From Negativicutes bacterium (GTDB lineage Bacteria > Bacillota > Negativicutes > UBA1444), in contig CAXXIN010000013.1 in the NCBI GenBank assembly GCA_963665275.2, positions 96,001-160,000 of the forward strand: a stretch of DNA of 64,000 nt, read 5' to 3'. This document shows positions 40,377 through 51,097 of the stretch, one piece after another. The number at the start of each line of letters is the position of its first letter. Positions within the stretch are counted from its first letter, which is position 1. The notes below the pieces were generated by a model. The model was not told the DNA's origin. It saw only the letters and a program-made list of their open reading frames with translations, and did not search any database. The position numbers and the translations under genes were made by a program.

Positions 40377-41435
40377 TTAGCGCCCCGCCCTCTCCCTAAT
40401 CCGGGTGATGATCTGCTGCGCCATCTCATTCATGCTGCCCAGGGAATTGCCTGCCGCATCCTGAGGCGTCACTACTGCGACCGGTTCTTTATCGTCATTG
40501 TAATAGATTCCGGTGGCATTCTCCATATCGTTGATGTAGAGTTTGTCGCTCGAATAGTCCGCGAGCGCTGTCATCCGGTATATGCGGCCGGCTGTAAAAT
40601 AAGCTCGCATGCGCGGACTGTAGCCGGCGTATTTGCTGTAAAATGCAGGGAGCTTCCATTGTCCTTCGACGACCTGCGAAGATTTTTCCCCTTCGTTCAC
40701 GATCGGCCGCACTTTGAAATCGTTGATGATCTGCTCACGCGCCGCTTTCACGCGGTTGGCCGAATCCGGGTGGGAGGAAAACAGTCCATAGTCGACCTTG
40801 CCGCTCATGGCGTCCAGCTTTTCCATCCCGATCAGCAAACTATAGGGATTGTATCCCGCGCGCATCGTATGAACCACACCCAGCATATCCGCCTCGCGCT
40901 CCGCCTCACGGCTGTAGCCGGACATCAGCGCACTGCCGATCAAATCGCCCAGAATCGCGGCGTTGCTATTTCCAAATAAGACGGCGAAGATAATTCCGAC
41001 CGCCATGCTGCGTTCTATCTGAACCACCGTATGCTTTTTGACGATGTGCCCCACTTCATGGCCAATGATCCCTGCCAGTTCAGTATCCGAAGGCATATAG
41101 TCGATGAGCCCTTTGAACAGATATATATAACCGCCAGGCACCGCCAGCGCATTGACTTCCTTGGAATTGAGCACCTTGAACGTATAGGGCAGGTCCTTGC
41201 GGTCCGATACGGCAACGATACTCATACCCAGCCGGGTAACCCGCGCCTGCAATTCCGGATCATTGACCAGTCCGTATTTTTTCTCCAGATCCTTGGCAAC
41301 GCCTTTCCCCATATCGATTTCTTGTTGGGTGCTGATCAGGAAAGCCTCTGCAGCGGGCGGCGCGGCGATATTCGCGCTTATAGCAATTCCCAGCACCAAC
41401 AGTACAATCCGTATGCTTTTTTTCCAGTTCAACAA
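40377..41435 (-). CDS. M48 family metallopeptidase (BepA-like)
   Basis: NALAVPGG, GHEVGH, YSREAEREAD, SSHP; signal peptide; TTG start after GGAGG. Confidence 0.9.
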   Translation of the reverse strand: MLNWKKSIRIVLLVLGIAISANIAAPPAAEAFLISTQQEIDMGKGVAKDLEKKYGLVNDPELQARVTRLGMSIVAVSDRKDLPYTFKVLNSKEVNALAVPGGYIYLFKGLIDYMPSDTELAGIIGHEVGHIVKKHTVVQIERSMAVGIIFAVLFGNSNAAILGDLIGSALMSGYSREAEREADMLGVVHTMRAGYNPYSLLIGMEKLDAMSGKVDYGLFSSHPDSANRVKAAREQIINDFKVRPIVNEGEKSSQVVEGQWKLPAFYSKYAGYSPRMRAYFTAGRIYRMTALADYSSDKLYINDMENATGIYYNDDKEPVAVVTPQDAAGNSLGSMNEMAQQIITRIRERAGR

Positions 41436-41480
41436 TACGCCCGCCTCCTTTCTCTCATCTACAATAATATCACCATTACG

Positions 41481-41505
41481 AGGACTTTGAAAACTTATGT
41501 CGAAT
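41481..41505 (+). promoter_or_regulatory. Putative sigma-H promoter of the asp23-family gene
   Basis: AGGA-N17-GAAT. Confidence 0.55.
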
Positions 41506-41558
41506 GAAGTGCATACACAATACATACAGTCAGCAATACAACAGGAGGTTTTTAGCCG

Positions 41559-41948
41559 ATGGAAGAAATAGAACGCACAGTGATCACCGATGACGTCTTT
41601 GTGGAAATCGCCCGATCCGCCATGCTTAAGATCAACGAAGTTGCCCGGTTGGAGAAAAAAGGCGCACTGGCCGAACTCACCCAGTTGTTCTCCGAACGCA
41701 TGGCGCCGCAGATCATCGTCAAACGGGTGGAGACGGAAGCTACCACCCCAGCGGTAACTTTTGAAATCAAGTTGACGCTGATTTACGGCGTCCGCATTCC
41801 CGAAGTCGTCGACAAAGTCCGCACTTCGGTAAAAACAGAAGTGGAGAGCCTAACCGGCGTCAGAGTGGACCGAATCGACATCCTCATCGAAAAATTAGTA
41901 CGGTCGGAGCCCGCTGCTCAGCCGCCGGTTGTGAGCAAAGAACCTTGA
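41559..41948 (+). CDS. Asp23/Gls24 family protein
   Basis: ITDDVFVEIA, YGVRIPEV, VESLTG...IDI; SD AGGAGG. Confidence 0.88.
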   Translation: MEEIERTVITDDVFVEIARSAMLKINEVARLEKKGALAELTQLFSERMAPQIIVKRVETEATTPAVTFEIKLTLIYGVRIPEVVDKVRTSVKTEVESLTGVRVDRIDILIEKLVRSEPAAQPPVVSKEP

Positions 41949-42117
41949 TAGGATTATTTCTCCACGAGCAGCCTTTACCCCTGCTTTTTACTCTTTCAAA
42001 CCCACGAAATTCTGCTGCCTCTTGTGCGCTGAAAAGGTTCTTGCAGTGAAAACGACTACGGAATAAAATGGACTTGATTGATACTATTAATTCAACGGCA
42101 GGAAAGGAGCCCTGAAA

Positions 42118-42750
42118 ATGAAAGTAATCGCAGTGAACGGGAGCCCCAAAGCAGACGGCAATACCTATACTTCCCTGAAATTGGTCGGAGACGAACTTCA
42201 GAAGGAAGGGATCGAATTCGAAATAATCCATATCGGCGACAAAGTCATCCGGGGCTGCATTGCCTGCGGATCCTGCGCCAAAACACTGAATGAGCGGTGC
42301 ATCTTCACCGACGAAGTCAATGACGCCCTGCAAAAACTCAAAGCGGCGGACGGGATTCTTCTGGGTTCACCAGTGCACTATGCCGGAGTGGCAGGAACGA
42401 TGAAATCTTTCCTGGACCGGCTGTTTTATGTAGCAGGCGCCAACGGCAACCTTTTCCGGCACAAGGTCGGAGCCACGGTGGTCGCGGTCCGGCGTTCCGG
42501 CGGCGTGTCGACCTTCGACACCCTCAACCACTACATCAATTACGCCGAAATGATCATGCCCGGTTCCAACTATTGGAATGTCGCTCACGGCAGAGCTCCT
42601 GGAGAAATGTTGCAGGACGACGAAGGCGTGCAGGTCATGCGGGTCCTGGGCAAAAATATGGCCTGGCTGTTGAAAGCGCTTGCCGCCGGCAAAGAACAGG
42701 TCCCCGCCGGTCCGCGTGAAGAAAAGGTATACACGAACTTCATCCGCTAA
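42118..42750 (+). CDS. Iron-sulfur flavoprotein / NADPH-dependent FMN reductase family
   Basis: NGSPKADGNT, CIACGSC-x7-C, GSPVHY, RRSGG. Confidence 0.9.
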   Translation: MKVIAVNGSPKADGNTYTSLKLVGDELQKEGIEFEIIHIGDKVIRGCIACGSCAKTLNERCIFTDEVNDALQKLKAADGILLGSPVHYAGVAGTMKSFLDRLFYVAGANGNLFRHKVGATVVAVRRSGGVSTFDTLNHYINYAEMIMPGSNYWNVAHGRAPGEMLQDDEGVQVMRVLGKNMAWLLKALAAGKEQVPAGPREEKVYTNFIR

Positions 42751-42767
42751 AAAGCCACCAAAAGTTC

Positions 42768-42800
42768 GCCGCCTAAGCTAAAGCTTAGGCGGCCTTTGTT
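42768..42800 (+). terminator. Intrinsic terminator-like hairpin
   Basis: GCCGCCTAAGCT/AGCTTAGGCGGC inverted repeat followed by CTTTGTT. Confidence 0.6.
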
Positions 42801-42822
42801 AATTTTCATACAGGGGGAAGAC

Positions 42823-43752
42823 ATGGCAACTCAAAAAACAAAACAGCCTGTCGATGGGGCAGGCTGTCATTCAGGCTTGGTACTATGGCGGTTATTGCGT
42901 CCTCATACTCTGACAGCATCTTTTGTTCCCGTGCTTATCGGCAGCGCGCTGGCCCTGCCTTCCGGCAATTTCCGGCCCAGCCTGGCTTGCATGATGCTCC
43001 TGTCCAGTTTGTTGCTCCAGAGTGCGACCAACATGTTCAATGAATACTATGATTATCGCCGGGGGCTGGACCATGAAGAGTCCGTCGGCATCGGCGGCGC
43101 CATCGTCCGGGACGGAATGCCAGCGAAATGGGTCCTGCGAATTGCGATCGGCTGTTCGGTGCTTGCTTTGCTGTTGGGAGTTCAGATCATGCAGCAAAGC
43201 AGCTGGAGAATTCTTCCCTGGGGCCTCGGCTGCATCGCTGTCGGCTATTTTTATTCCGGCGGACCCTTCCCAATCTCGGCCACACCCTTTGGTGAAGTGG
43301 CCGCAGGCGCCTGCATGGGGCTCGGTATCATATCGATCTCGTATTTCATTCACACAGTGGCGCTCACCCCACTGGTGTATCTGGTTTCAGCAGCACCTTC
43401 CATCATGATCGGCGCTATTCTGATGGCGAACAATATCCGCGACCTCAAGGACGACGAAGCTCATGGAAGAAAAACGCTGGCCGTCCTATTGGGTAGGGAG
43501 GCGGCAATCCGAATTTTGGCGGGCATGTTCGCAATTTCATATTTCTGGGTGCTGGCGCTATCTGCAGTCGGACTGATTTCTCCCTGGGCCCTGCTCGTGC
43601 TATTGAGCGTACCCAAATCGCTGCAGGCTGTCGCCGGCTTCCGGCAGGGCGCCAGCCCGGTTGAAATGATGCCGGCCATGGTGGCCACGGCTCAAACAAA
43701 CACGGTATTTGGCTTGCTATTGGCGCTGGGGCTGATCCTCGCTCAGCTTTGA
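42823..43752 (+). CDS. menA: 1,4-dihydroxy-2-naphthoate polyprenyltransferase
   Basis: RPHTLTAS, NMFNEYYDY, YSGGP, ANNIRD...GRKTL. Confidence 0.92.
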   Translation: MATQKTKQPVDGAGCHSGLVLWRLLRPHTLTASFVPVLIGSALALPSGNFRPSLACMMLLSSLLLQSATNMFNEYYDYRRGLDHEESVGIGGAIVRDGMPAKWVLRIAIGCSVLALLLGVQIMQQSSWRILPWGLGCIAVGYFYSGGPFPISATPFGEVAAGACMGLGIISISYFIHTVALTPLVYLVSAAPSIMIGAILMANNIRDLKDDEAHGRKTLAVLLGREAAIRILAGMFAISYFWVLALSAVGLISPWALLVLLSVPKSLQAVAGFRQGASPVEMMPAMVATAQTNTVFGLLLALGLILAQL

Positions 43753-43780
43753 ATGCTACCCGCCCTATCGGCCGCCGCGC

Positions 43781-45811
43781 TTATACTTTAAATTTGCTGA
43801 CCGCACTGCTGAGCTCCTCCGCCATCCTTGCCAGGGCGTGGCTGGAAGAAGCGATTTCCTGCGTTGTAGCCGATTGTTCTTGTGTGGCGGCGGATACGGT
43901 TTGCGACTCTTCAGCGATTCCTTTACTGATCGCGTCGATATCCCGCACCGAAGTCACGATCTGTTGACTGCCGCCGGCCAGTTCTTCCATAGCGGCGGAG
44001 ATTTCCCGCATCTGCCCCGAAATATCATTGATTGCCCGGAAAATATCGTTGAAGGATTTTCCGGCCACATCCACCACTGCGGCGCCAATACGAACTTCTT
44101 TGGTCCCGGCATCCATTGCGATGACGGCGCTGTCCGTATCCTGCTGAATTTCGCCAATCAACCCGGCAATCTGCTTTGCGGCCGTTTCGGATTGTTCCGC
44201 AAGTTTACGGACTTCTTCCGCCACCACGGCGAATCCTCGCCCTTGCTCTCCGGCCCGGGCGGCTTCGATTGCCGCATTCAAGGCCAACAAGTTCGTCTGC
44301 CCGGCAATTCCCGAGATCGTGGCAACGATCTGGCCGATTTCCTTGGAGCGTTCGCCCAATTTGGCGACCACTTTCGCGGATGCGGTGACCGTCTGTTCGA
44401 TGGTTCCCATCTGCGAAACCGCCTTGCTGACCGCCGCGCTTCCCTCTTGCGCCGCTCCGGCCGACTTGGCCGCAGTGCCGGAAATTTCATTGGCATTGGC
44501 TGACACTTGCTCAATCCCGGCTGACATTCCCTCGACAACCGCCCTGGCATTGTCGACGGCTTTCAGTTGTTTTTCACTGCCATTCGCCACATCCGTGATG
44601 GTCTGAGCGACCTGATTTGCAGCCTGCGCTGATTGTTCGGCGCTGGCGGTTAATTCTTCCGACGCGGCAGCCACCTGATCAGTCTGGCTCTGCACCTTGC
44701 TGACCAACGTCTGCAAATTCGTACGCATCGTCAGAAAACCCTGAGCCAGTTGGCCGATTTCATCTTCAGTGTTCACCTTGCTCTCGCGATGCCGGAAATC
44801 TCCCTGCGCCAGCAGCAAACACTCATCGCGCAACAGGCGAATCGGCTTCGCGAAGCGGCCGCTGATAATCAGGATGAACAAGACGGCGATGAGAATCAGC
44901 GCCACGGATGTTGCCAGCATAGTTCGACCCAAAACAGTCGTCTCGCGGGTGACCTCCGCCTCCGGGGCCGTCACGATCATCACCCAGCGTTGCCCGCCCG
45001 GCAGATTGATGGCCGTGTACACTGCTACCCGTTCAATCCCGTCAACGAAAGTGTAGCGGCCCTGGCCCTGTTTGCCTGTCTCCGCCACTTTTTTGAACAG
45101 GCTGATCAAGCGATCATCCAGCTCCGCCTGTTGCAATTTCAGTTCCGGATTGATCTTTTTTTCGGCGTAGTTCAGCTTGCCGACCAGGTTCGACATTTTG
45201 GGATTGGCAAGTAATAACCCCTTGTCATCCACAATCGCTCCGTAGCCGGTATCCTTGAATTTCAGTTCTTTCAGCGAGTCGGACAGCTGTTCCAGCGAAT
45301 ATGTCCCTGTCATTACCCCGATCAGCTGCCCATTGTTCAGAATCGGCACAGCCAAGTTCACCGACATTTTACCGGTGCTACGAACCACTAGTGGTTCTGA
45401 AACATAGGGCTGGCGGGTCTGCATGACCTGTTTGAAATATTCGCGGTCGCCGAGTTGCGCAGTTGTACCGTCCGAGCGGATCGTAGCGCCATCCGGATAA
45501 ATGAAATTAATGATATCGAGCCTGCCGATGCGTTTGCGGGCTTCATCCATAGTTGCCACGATCACATTGCGGTCGCCTGTACGCACGCGTTGGGTGGAAG
45601 CGGTATCTTCAAGCATGATGATCAGCTTCTGCATTTCGGCGGTAATCCGGTTGCCATAGTCGTTACCAATGGCGGCCGCGGTCTCATCAACGCTTTGCGT
45701 CAGCGCCTGATTGGAAAGATAATAACTGATCCCGGACATGATCCCGAATGCCAGGATGAAAAAGGGCAAGAGAATGGCGAGAAGACGGATTCTGATGCTT
45801 TTAATTTTCAT
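43781..45811 (-). CDS. Methyl-accepting chemotaxis protein (dCache, HAMP)
   Basis: [46 protein letters not shown]. Confidence 0.97.
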   Translation of the reverse strand: MKIKSIRIRLLAILLPFFILAFGIMSGISYYLSNQALTQSVDETAAAIGNDYGNRITAEMQKLIIMLEDTASTQRVRTGDRNVIVATMDEARKRIGRLDIINFIYPDGATIRSDGTTAQLGDREYFKQVMQTRQPYVSEPLVVRSTGKMSVNLAVPILNNGQLIGVMTGTYSLEQLSDSLKELKFKDTGYGAIVDDKGLLLANPKMSNLVGKLNYAEKKINPELKLQQAELDDRLISLFKKVAETGKQGQGRYTFVDGIERVAVYTAINLPGGQRWVMIVTAPEAEVTRETTVLGRTMLATSVALILIAVLFILIISGRFAKPIRLLRDECLLLAQGDFRHRESKVNTEDEIGQLAQGFLTMRTNLQTLVSKVQSQTDQVAAASEELTASAEQSAQAANQVAQTITDVANGSEKQLKAVDNARAVVEGMSAGIEQVSANANEISGTAAKSAGAAQEGSAAVSKAVSQMGTIEQTVTASAKVVAKLGERSKEIGQIVATISGIAGQTNLLALNAAIEAARAGEQGRGFAVVAEEVRKLAEQSETAAKQIAGLIGEIQQDTDSAVIAMDAGTKEVRIGAAVVDVAGKSFNDIFRAINDISGQMREISAAMEELAGGSQQIVTSVRDIDAISKGIAEESQTVSAATQEQSATTQEIASSSHALARMAEELSSAVSKFKV

Positions 45812-45960
45812 ATTAACTCTCCTAAATTTTTCATATTAACAAAATTCCTTGAGGACTGGCCGCAACATATTTCAGAGAGTTTCCATCTTCTTGCTCCATA
45901 CCTCCTTTGTTCGCCGCTATATTAATTGCAATATTTGCACAAACTCTACGTCTTTAATAA

Positions 45961-45985
45961 ATTCTCCGTCAAAAGTCGAAACCCT
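45961..45985 (-). promoter_or_regulatory. Putative sigma-H promoter upstream of the MCP gene
   Basis: AGGG-N17-GAAT. Confidence 0.4.
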
Positions 45986-45999
45986 GCCCGCCGCAGGTG

Positions 46000-46044
46000 A
46001 AAAAGCGAAGCCCTGTTCGCTGCACTTGCAGCGAACAGGGCTTC
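46000..46044 (-). terminator. Intrinsic terminator after the BKACE gene
   Basis: 18-bp inverted repeat GAAGCCCTGTTCGCTGCA followed by GCTTTTT on the minus strand. Confidence 0.75.
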
Positions 46045-46060
46045 AACATATCCATGACGA

Positions 46061-46984
46061 TCAGTAATTGACTTTAGCAATACCTTTGAGCTCCAGAATC
46101 TTGCGCGCCTCGTCCGAAGTCGCAAACTCCAGACCCAGTCGTTCGCCGATTTCCTTGATCTGGGTAACTTGTTCCGCGCTCGATTTCGCCAATACGCCGG
46201 ACCGGAGATAGAGGTTGTCTTCCAGCCCCACCCGGGCGTTGCCGCCCATGGCCAGAGCCGTTGTCACCAGTGGGAACTGCGCCCTACCAGCAGCGGCGCA
46301 GGACCACACAAACTCCCCGAGTTGTTCGCGAGCCGTTTTGACCATGTAGACAAGATTATCGACCGTTGCCGGAATCCCGCCCAGAATTCCCATCACAAAC
46401 TGCAGATAAATCGGCTTTTTGATCAATCCTTTATTATAGAAATAGGCGATGTTATTAATCATGCCAATATCATATACTTCAAATTCAGGACGAATCTCAA
46501 GTTCATTCATGGTCTTGATGTAATACTCCAAGCCGGTGAAAGTATTCGTAAACACCATGTCATCGGAACGCTTCAGATGAGGAATTTCCCACTCATATTG
46601 GGGATTCACAAGTTTTTCCGCGGCAGGAGAATATACGAAGTTCACAGACCCGGCATTGCAGGACGCCAATTCGGGCTTTAGCGCGGCAGCCGGCGCCAGA
46701 CGCTGCTCCGAGGTCATCCACACCGCGCCGCCGGTACTGATGCAAATGACGGCATCACACTGGGTTTTAATCGCCGATACAATTTCTCTCATGATTTCCA
46801 AATCGGGTGAGGGGCTGCCGTCCTGCGGGTTTCTGGCATGGATATGCACCACTGCCGCGCCTGCGGCGTGAGCCTTCACCGCATCTGCAATAATTTGCTC
46901 CGGGGTATGCGGGAAATAGGGGCTCATACTGGGAGTGTGGATTGAACCGGTCATTGCTGCGGTAATGATTACTTTTCTGGCCAT
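46061..46984 (-). CDS. Beta-keto acid cleavage enzyme (BKACE/Kce family)
   Basis: IITAAMTG, AGAAVVHIHAR, STGG, CNAGSVNF, PEFEVYD, RVGLEDN. Confidence 0.93.
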   Translation of the reverse strand: MARKVIITAAMTGSIHTPSMSPYFPHTPEQIIADAVKAHAAGAAVVHIHARNPQDGSPSPDLEIMREIVSAIKTQCDAVICISTGGAVWMTSEQRLAPAAALKPELASCNAGSVNFVYSPAAEKLVNPQYEWEIPHLKRSDDMVFTNTFTGLEYYIKTMNELEIRPEFEVYDIGMINNIAYFYNKGLIKKPIYLQFVMGILGGIPATVDNLVYMVKTAREQLGEFVWSCAAAGRAQFPLVTTALAMGGNARVGLEDNLYLRSGVLAKSSAEQVTQIKEIGERLGLEFATSDEARKILELKGIAKVNY

Positions 46985-47027
46985 AAGAGTCCTCCTTGAA
47001 GTTTGCAAACTTCTTTTTTCTTACTGA

Positions 47028-47052
47028 ATTCGTCGTTTTCCCGCCTTTTCCT
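47028..47052 (-). promoter_or_regulatory. Putative sigma-H promoter of the BKACE gene
   Basis: AGGA-N17-GAAT about 45 nt upstream of the ATG. Confidence 0.5.
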
Positions 47053-47108
47053 CCCTCTTATGATCGGGTCAGGTGAAAAGAAATGGCTTTTTCCCCGCCG
47101 GATCGTTC

Positions 47109-48275
47109 TTACTGACCGGCTCGCCGCGAATACACCCAAAGATAGGCAACCAGTCCTAGCAATACCAGCCCTGTAGCTCCCAGCGAAAATTGCACTGAAA
47201 CCCCAGCCTTGCTCGCCAGGGTATAGGCCGCTACGCCCATGAACATAAAGCTGTTTTCCATGAAATTCTGTACGGCGATAGTTTTCCCTGCTCCGATCAG
47301 GCCGTGCCCCACTTGCTGCAGACAGGCGTTCATCGGCACAATGTAAATGCCACCCAGCGTCCCAACTAGGAGCAACAATACCACGGTCGGGATCAACGTA
47401 TCAACAAGCAGGAACCCCAAGATTGCCAGAGCCATACCAAAGCCGTACCACACAGTCCGGCGATATTCCTGGATATTGATGAGAAACGGAGTGATCAGCG
47501 CCCCTATCGCGATGCCCACGCCCGTAACAGCGATAAGCAGGCTGATATGCGTTCCCCCGGTGATGCCGAGGGTCAGGGGAACCCAGACAAAAACGACCAT
47601 TCTCAGTACAGAAGATGCCATCCAGAAGGAGCCCGTCCCAATCATTGAATAATGGCTCTCCCGCTGTTTCATCAGCTTGACTGCATCGCGGGCGAATTCG
47701 CGGATTGCATCGTTATAGCGGATGGAAGCGTTGCCTGGATCTTTGGGAATCAGCTTATTCACAGCAATCGATGCCCCATATAATAAAGCACTGGCAACTA
47801 AAGCGCCCGTAATCGACAGATCCGACAAATACCCTCCGGCTACTGAACCCGTCAAAATAGCCAGAATCGTATAGCTCTCCAATTTCGAATTCGCTCGCAG
47901 CAACTCGTCCTCATTATGGGTCAAAAACGGCAGTATTCCATATTTGGCCGGGCTGTAAATTGCGCTTCCCACACCAACCACGGCATAACAGGGAGCCGGA
48001 TTCAGGCCGGCGAGCAGTGCGAGCACCCCGGACAATTTCACGATGTTGCCGACAATCAAGACCTGTGCCTTGGGCCACTTGTCGGCAAACCGACCAACCC
48101 AGGGCGACAAGAAAATGTATACGGCCAAAAATGCGCTTTGCACAAACGGCAGATAGTAACTTGGATACGAATCCCGCAGAATGATCCCTTGGGCAACGAA
48201 CAAAATCATATTGTCGACAAATGCGGACAGAAACTGCGCTAAAAATAACGCTCCGAGCGGAGATAACTTATGCAC
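47109..48275 (-). CDS. lplT: Lysophospholipid transporter (MFS)
   Basis: AQFLSAFVDN, YSPAKYGIL, VPMNACLQ, IAVQNFMEN; follows aas. Confidence 0.92.
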   Translation of the reverse strand: MHKLSPLGALFLAQFLSAFVDNMILFVAQGIILRDSYPSYYLPFVQSAFLAVYIFLSPWVGRFADKWPKAQVLIVGNIVKLSGVLALLAGLNPAPCYAVVGVGSAIYSPAKYGILPFLTHNEDELLRANSKLESYTILAILTGSVAGGYLSDLSITGALVASALLYGASIAVNKLIPKDPGNASIRYNDAIREFARDAVKLMKQRESHYSMIGTGSFWMASSVLRMVVFVWVPLTLGITGGTHISLLIAVTGVGIAIGALITPFLINIQEYRRTVWYGFGMALAILGFLLVDTLIPTVVLLLLVGTLGGIYIVPMNACLQQVGHGLIGAGKTIAVQNFMENSFMFMGVAAYTLASKAGVSVQFSLGATGLVLLGLVAYLWVYSRRAGQ

Positions 48276-50382
48276 TTTCCTCTCCCTCACGCACCATTGC
48301 TTTCAAACTGACATAATCGGTCTTGCCACTGCCGAGGATCGGCAACTTTTCTATGATAATGATATCGGCAGGCAGAAACAGCATACTCTGGCCCGATTGG
48401 CTCATAAGTTCGCGCAAAGCCTGTTTGGTAGCGCTCTTGCATGTCGTGTACAGAACTATCTTTTCACCTTTTTTGGCATCAGGAACATTGATTGCCGCAT
48501 TACGGTCCGTGGCGAAACACTTTTCCGCTGTCTTTTCGACACTGTCCAGGCTGATCATTTCTCCCGATATTTTGGCAAAACGCTTCAGGCGTGATTTAAT
48601 GCTCACGAACCCATCCTGATCGATAGAAACGACATCGCCGCAATCATACCATTCTTCGGCAGGAACAAAACCTTTTCCGTGCAGCAGATAGCCTGCCATA
48701 ATATTGGGCCCCTTGACCAGCAAGTCACCCCCGTCTTCGATTCCGGGCACTGCCTCGATGCGCCACTCGATCCCAGGCAATAGCCGCCCCACAGTACCTG
48801 TGCGAAAGAACAACGGCGTATTGAGACTTAATACGGGACCGGTTTCTGTCGTGCCATATCCTTCCATGATCCGTAGACCGAACTTCTCACTCCACAATTG
48901 ACGCACTTCATCTTTGAGTTTTTCTCCGCCGGCCAAAACGTAGCGCATTTTGTAAAAATCATACGGATGGCAATATTTCGCATACCCATGGAGAAAGGTA
49001 GGTGTGCTCAAAAGCACCGTAGCATTCCAGTCATAGGCGATCTCGGGTACGATTCGGTAATGGAGCGGGCTGGGATACAAAAACAAATCCAGGCCGCTGA
49101 AAATCGGCAGCAAGGTACCGGCAGTCAGGCCGAAGGAATGAAACATCGGCAGTGCATTCAGCATTTTGTCCTGATGCGTATAGTCAACGATGCAGGAAAT
49201 CTGATTAAGATTGGTCATCAGGTGGCGATGATAAAGAACAACCCCTTTGGGCTTGCTCTCGCTGCCGCTCGTAAACAGGATCAACGACGGTTCAGTTGTC
49301 CCTGCAGCTTTTGCCTGCCGAAGGTATTTAACGAAGGCGATGACCTTATCAATCCACGTCACCTCTGTTTTGACATCTTCCAGGTAGATGAGGCGAAGCT
49401 TGGCGCCCAGGCGCGCGGCCAAGTCTTCCAGCCGTCCCTTCTCGATGAAAGCGCGCGACGTCAGCACGGTTTTGACTCCGGCTGTTTCAGCACAGTTCAG
49501 AATGTTTTCTGCGCCGATGCTGAAATTCAAAACGGCAGGGGTCTTACCGATCAAGAACAGCGCAAACAGGGTCACTAGGTGCCCGATGGAGTTGGGCAGC
49601 ATCACGCCGACCGTATCCTCCGCAGCCAAAAGCCGTTGAAACTTGCCGCCCAGAGCATAGCAGCCCAGGAGGGCTTTCGCATACGTTATACTGCCGGAGA
49701 TGTCCTCGGCCATGACTTTGCTGCTGCCATGAAGCTGGGCGGTATCCAGCAATTTGTCAAACAGATTGGTTCGCCTCTCCTGCACCTGTTTCGCTTCAAA
49801 CTGAGTCTTTTGCAGCAAGTTCAAAATCCGGTCGCTAATCTCTTTTTTCTGTTGCCTGAACCCGGTCGAAGGATTCACCGCAAGGTGTGTGGGCGATCCA
49901 ACATGAATAACGAGAGGTGGAAACCAACGGGTTTTGAGCTTCCCTTGCATGCGCGATGCCTTGGAAAATTCCGGCCCGAGCAATAACACGGGATAAAGCA
50001 TGCACCCGGTGCGCAGTGCGACCATGCCGATGCCGCTGTAAATTTTCATCAGACTGCCTGTCGTAGTAATGCGTCCTTCGGGGAACAGTACCACCGGACG
50101 GCCTTCATTGACGGCGGCCAGGATTTTTTTGAGCGAATAGGGATTGAGCGGATCCACAACAATGTGATCGACCCAGCGCAATACGAAACCGATCTTGGCT
50201 GCGATTGCCGTATTGACGACGAAGCAGGCATTGTGCGGCAGATAGGCGTACAGCAGGATCGGGTCGAGAAACGAGACATGGTTGGGCATCACAATGGAGG
50301 GTCCGTTAAATTGCAGCCTGTCGCCGCCAACGACTTTGATCTTGAAAAACAAATTTAGGATTGCGCGAACCAAACCCCTCAC
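48268..50382 (-). CDS. aas: Bifunctional 2-acyl-GPE acyltransferase / acyl-ACP synthetase
   Basis: PNHVSFLD, FPEGRIT (PlsC) plus FTSGSESKPKG, EGYGTTE, KRFAKISGE, GSGKTDY. Confidence 0.93.
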   Translation of the reverse strand: MRGLVRAILNLFFKIKVVGGDRLQFNGPSIVMPNHVSFLDPILLYAYLPHNACFVVNTAIAAKIGFVLRWVDHIVVDPLNPYSLKKILAAVNEGRPVVLFPEGRITTTGSLMKIYSGIGMVALRTGCMLYPVLLLGPEFSKASRMQGKLKTRWFPPLVIHVGSPTHLAVNPSTGFRQQKKEISDRILNLLQKTQFEAKQVQERRTNLFDKLLDTAQLHGSSKVMAEDISGSITYAKALLGCYALGGKFQRLLAAEDTVGVMLPNSIGHLVTLFALFLIGKTPAVLNFSIGAENILNCAETAGVKTVLTSRAFIEKGRLEDLAARLGAKLRLIYLEDVKTEVTWIDKVIAFVKYLRQAKAAGTTEPSLILFTSGSESKPKGVVLYHRHLMTNLNQISCIVDYTHQDKMLNALPMFHSFGLTAGTLLPIFSGLDLFLYPSPLHYRIVPEIAYDWNATVLLSTPTFLHGYAKYCHPYDFYKMRYVLAGGEKLKDEVRQLWSEKFGLRIMEGYGTTETGPVLSLNTPLFFRTGTVGRLLPGIEWRIEAVPGIEDGGDLLVKGPNIMAGYLLHGKGFVPAEEWYDCGDVVSIDQDGFVSIKSRLKRFAKISGEMISLDSVEKTAEKCFATDRNAAINVPDAKKGEKIVLYTTCKSATKQALRELMSQSGQSMLFLPADIIIIEKLPILGSGKTDYVSLKAMVREGEESA

Positions 50383-51011
50383 AGCGTCTCCTCCTCAACC
50401 TTTTCTGAAACTTCAGCGGGAACCCAAGTGGGCCCTTCTAATTGAAACATCTTGCGAACCGCGGCAACGACCTCTGCTTTCAGTTCCTCAAAGGCCGGCA
50501 ATACGTCATGGAAATAAGGGTATTGAACTAGCGGCTGCAACAAAATTCCGGAATAGATGGTAATCCAAAAATAAACTGATTTTTGCGGAATTTCCCCATT
50601 ATGCATGCCTTCCTCCAGAATCTGTCGAATCATAAAATGCGGTTTGACCGATTCAGGCGCTTTCCCCCAAAACCGGTACTGTGAGAGGAGGGCAAACTTG
50701 ATCTCTGAAGGATATTGCCGATAAAGATCATAGGTGACTTCCACAAGGCGACAAAGCTGGTTCACGGTGCCGACCACTTCCTCGTGGATCTGCTGCAGCC
50801 GCTGAGTATAATCTGTAATAATCGCCGTGAAAATATACAGGGCCATTTCTTCTTTTCCCTTGAAATGTTTGTACAAGGCGGCTTCTGATACACCGGCCGA
50901 TTTGGCCAAATCGCGAACAGATACCGCATCATAGCCACGGGTCGCAAACAACGACAAACTCGCCTTTAAAATATCCCCCTTTTTCCCCTCGCAGGCAAAC
51001 AATGTTTGCAT
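50379..51011 (-). CDS. TetR/AcrR family regulator
   Basis: LFATRGYDAVSVRDLAKSAGVSEAALYKHFKGKEE. Confidence 0.93.
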   Translation of the reverse strand: MQTLFACEGKKGDILKASLSLFATRGYDAVSVRDLAKSAGVSEAALYKHFKGKEEMALYIFTAIITDYTQRLQQIHEEVVGTVNQLCRLVEVTYDLYRQYPSEIKFALLSQYRFWGKAPESVKPHFMIRQILEEGMHNGEIPQKSVYFWITIYSGILLQPLVQYPYFHDVLPAFEELKAEVVAAVRKMFQLEGPTWVPAEVSEKVEEETL

Positions 51012-51036
51012 AAGCGTACTCCGCCTCCCCTACACA

Positions 51037-51088
51037 AAAGTTAACATTTGTTAACTTTATTATAAAGAAGGCATTAACTCTTTGTCAA
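51037..51088 (-). promoter_or_regulatory. Sigma-A promoter with overlapping palindromic TetR operator
   Basis: TTGACA (51088-51083)-N18-TATAAT (51064-51059); AAAGTTAACA-N2-TGTTAACTTT at 51037-51058. Confidence 0.75.
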
Positions 51089-51097
51089 CAAGTTTCG

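Noticed and set aside
46061-46984. BKACE as part of lysine fermentation or of the TRAP catabolic operon
   Set aside because: Monocistronic with its own promoter and terminator, no lysine-pathway neighbours and no LacI operator; the substrate cannot be assigned.
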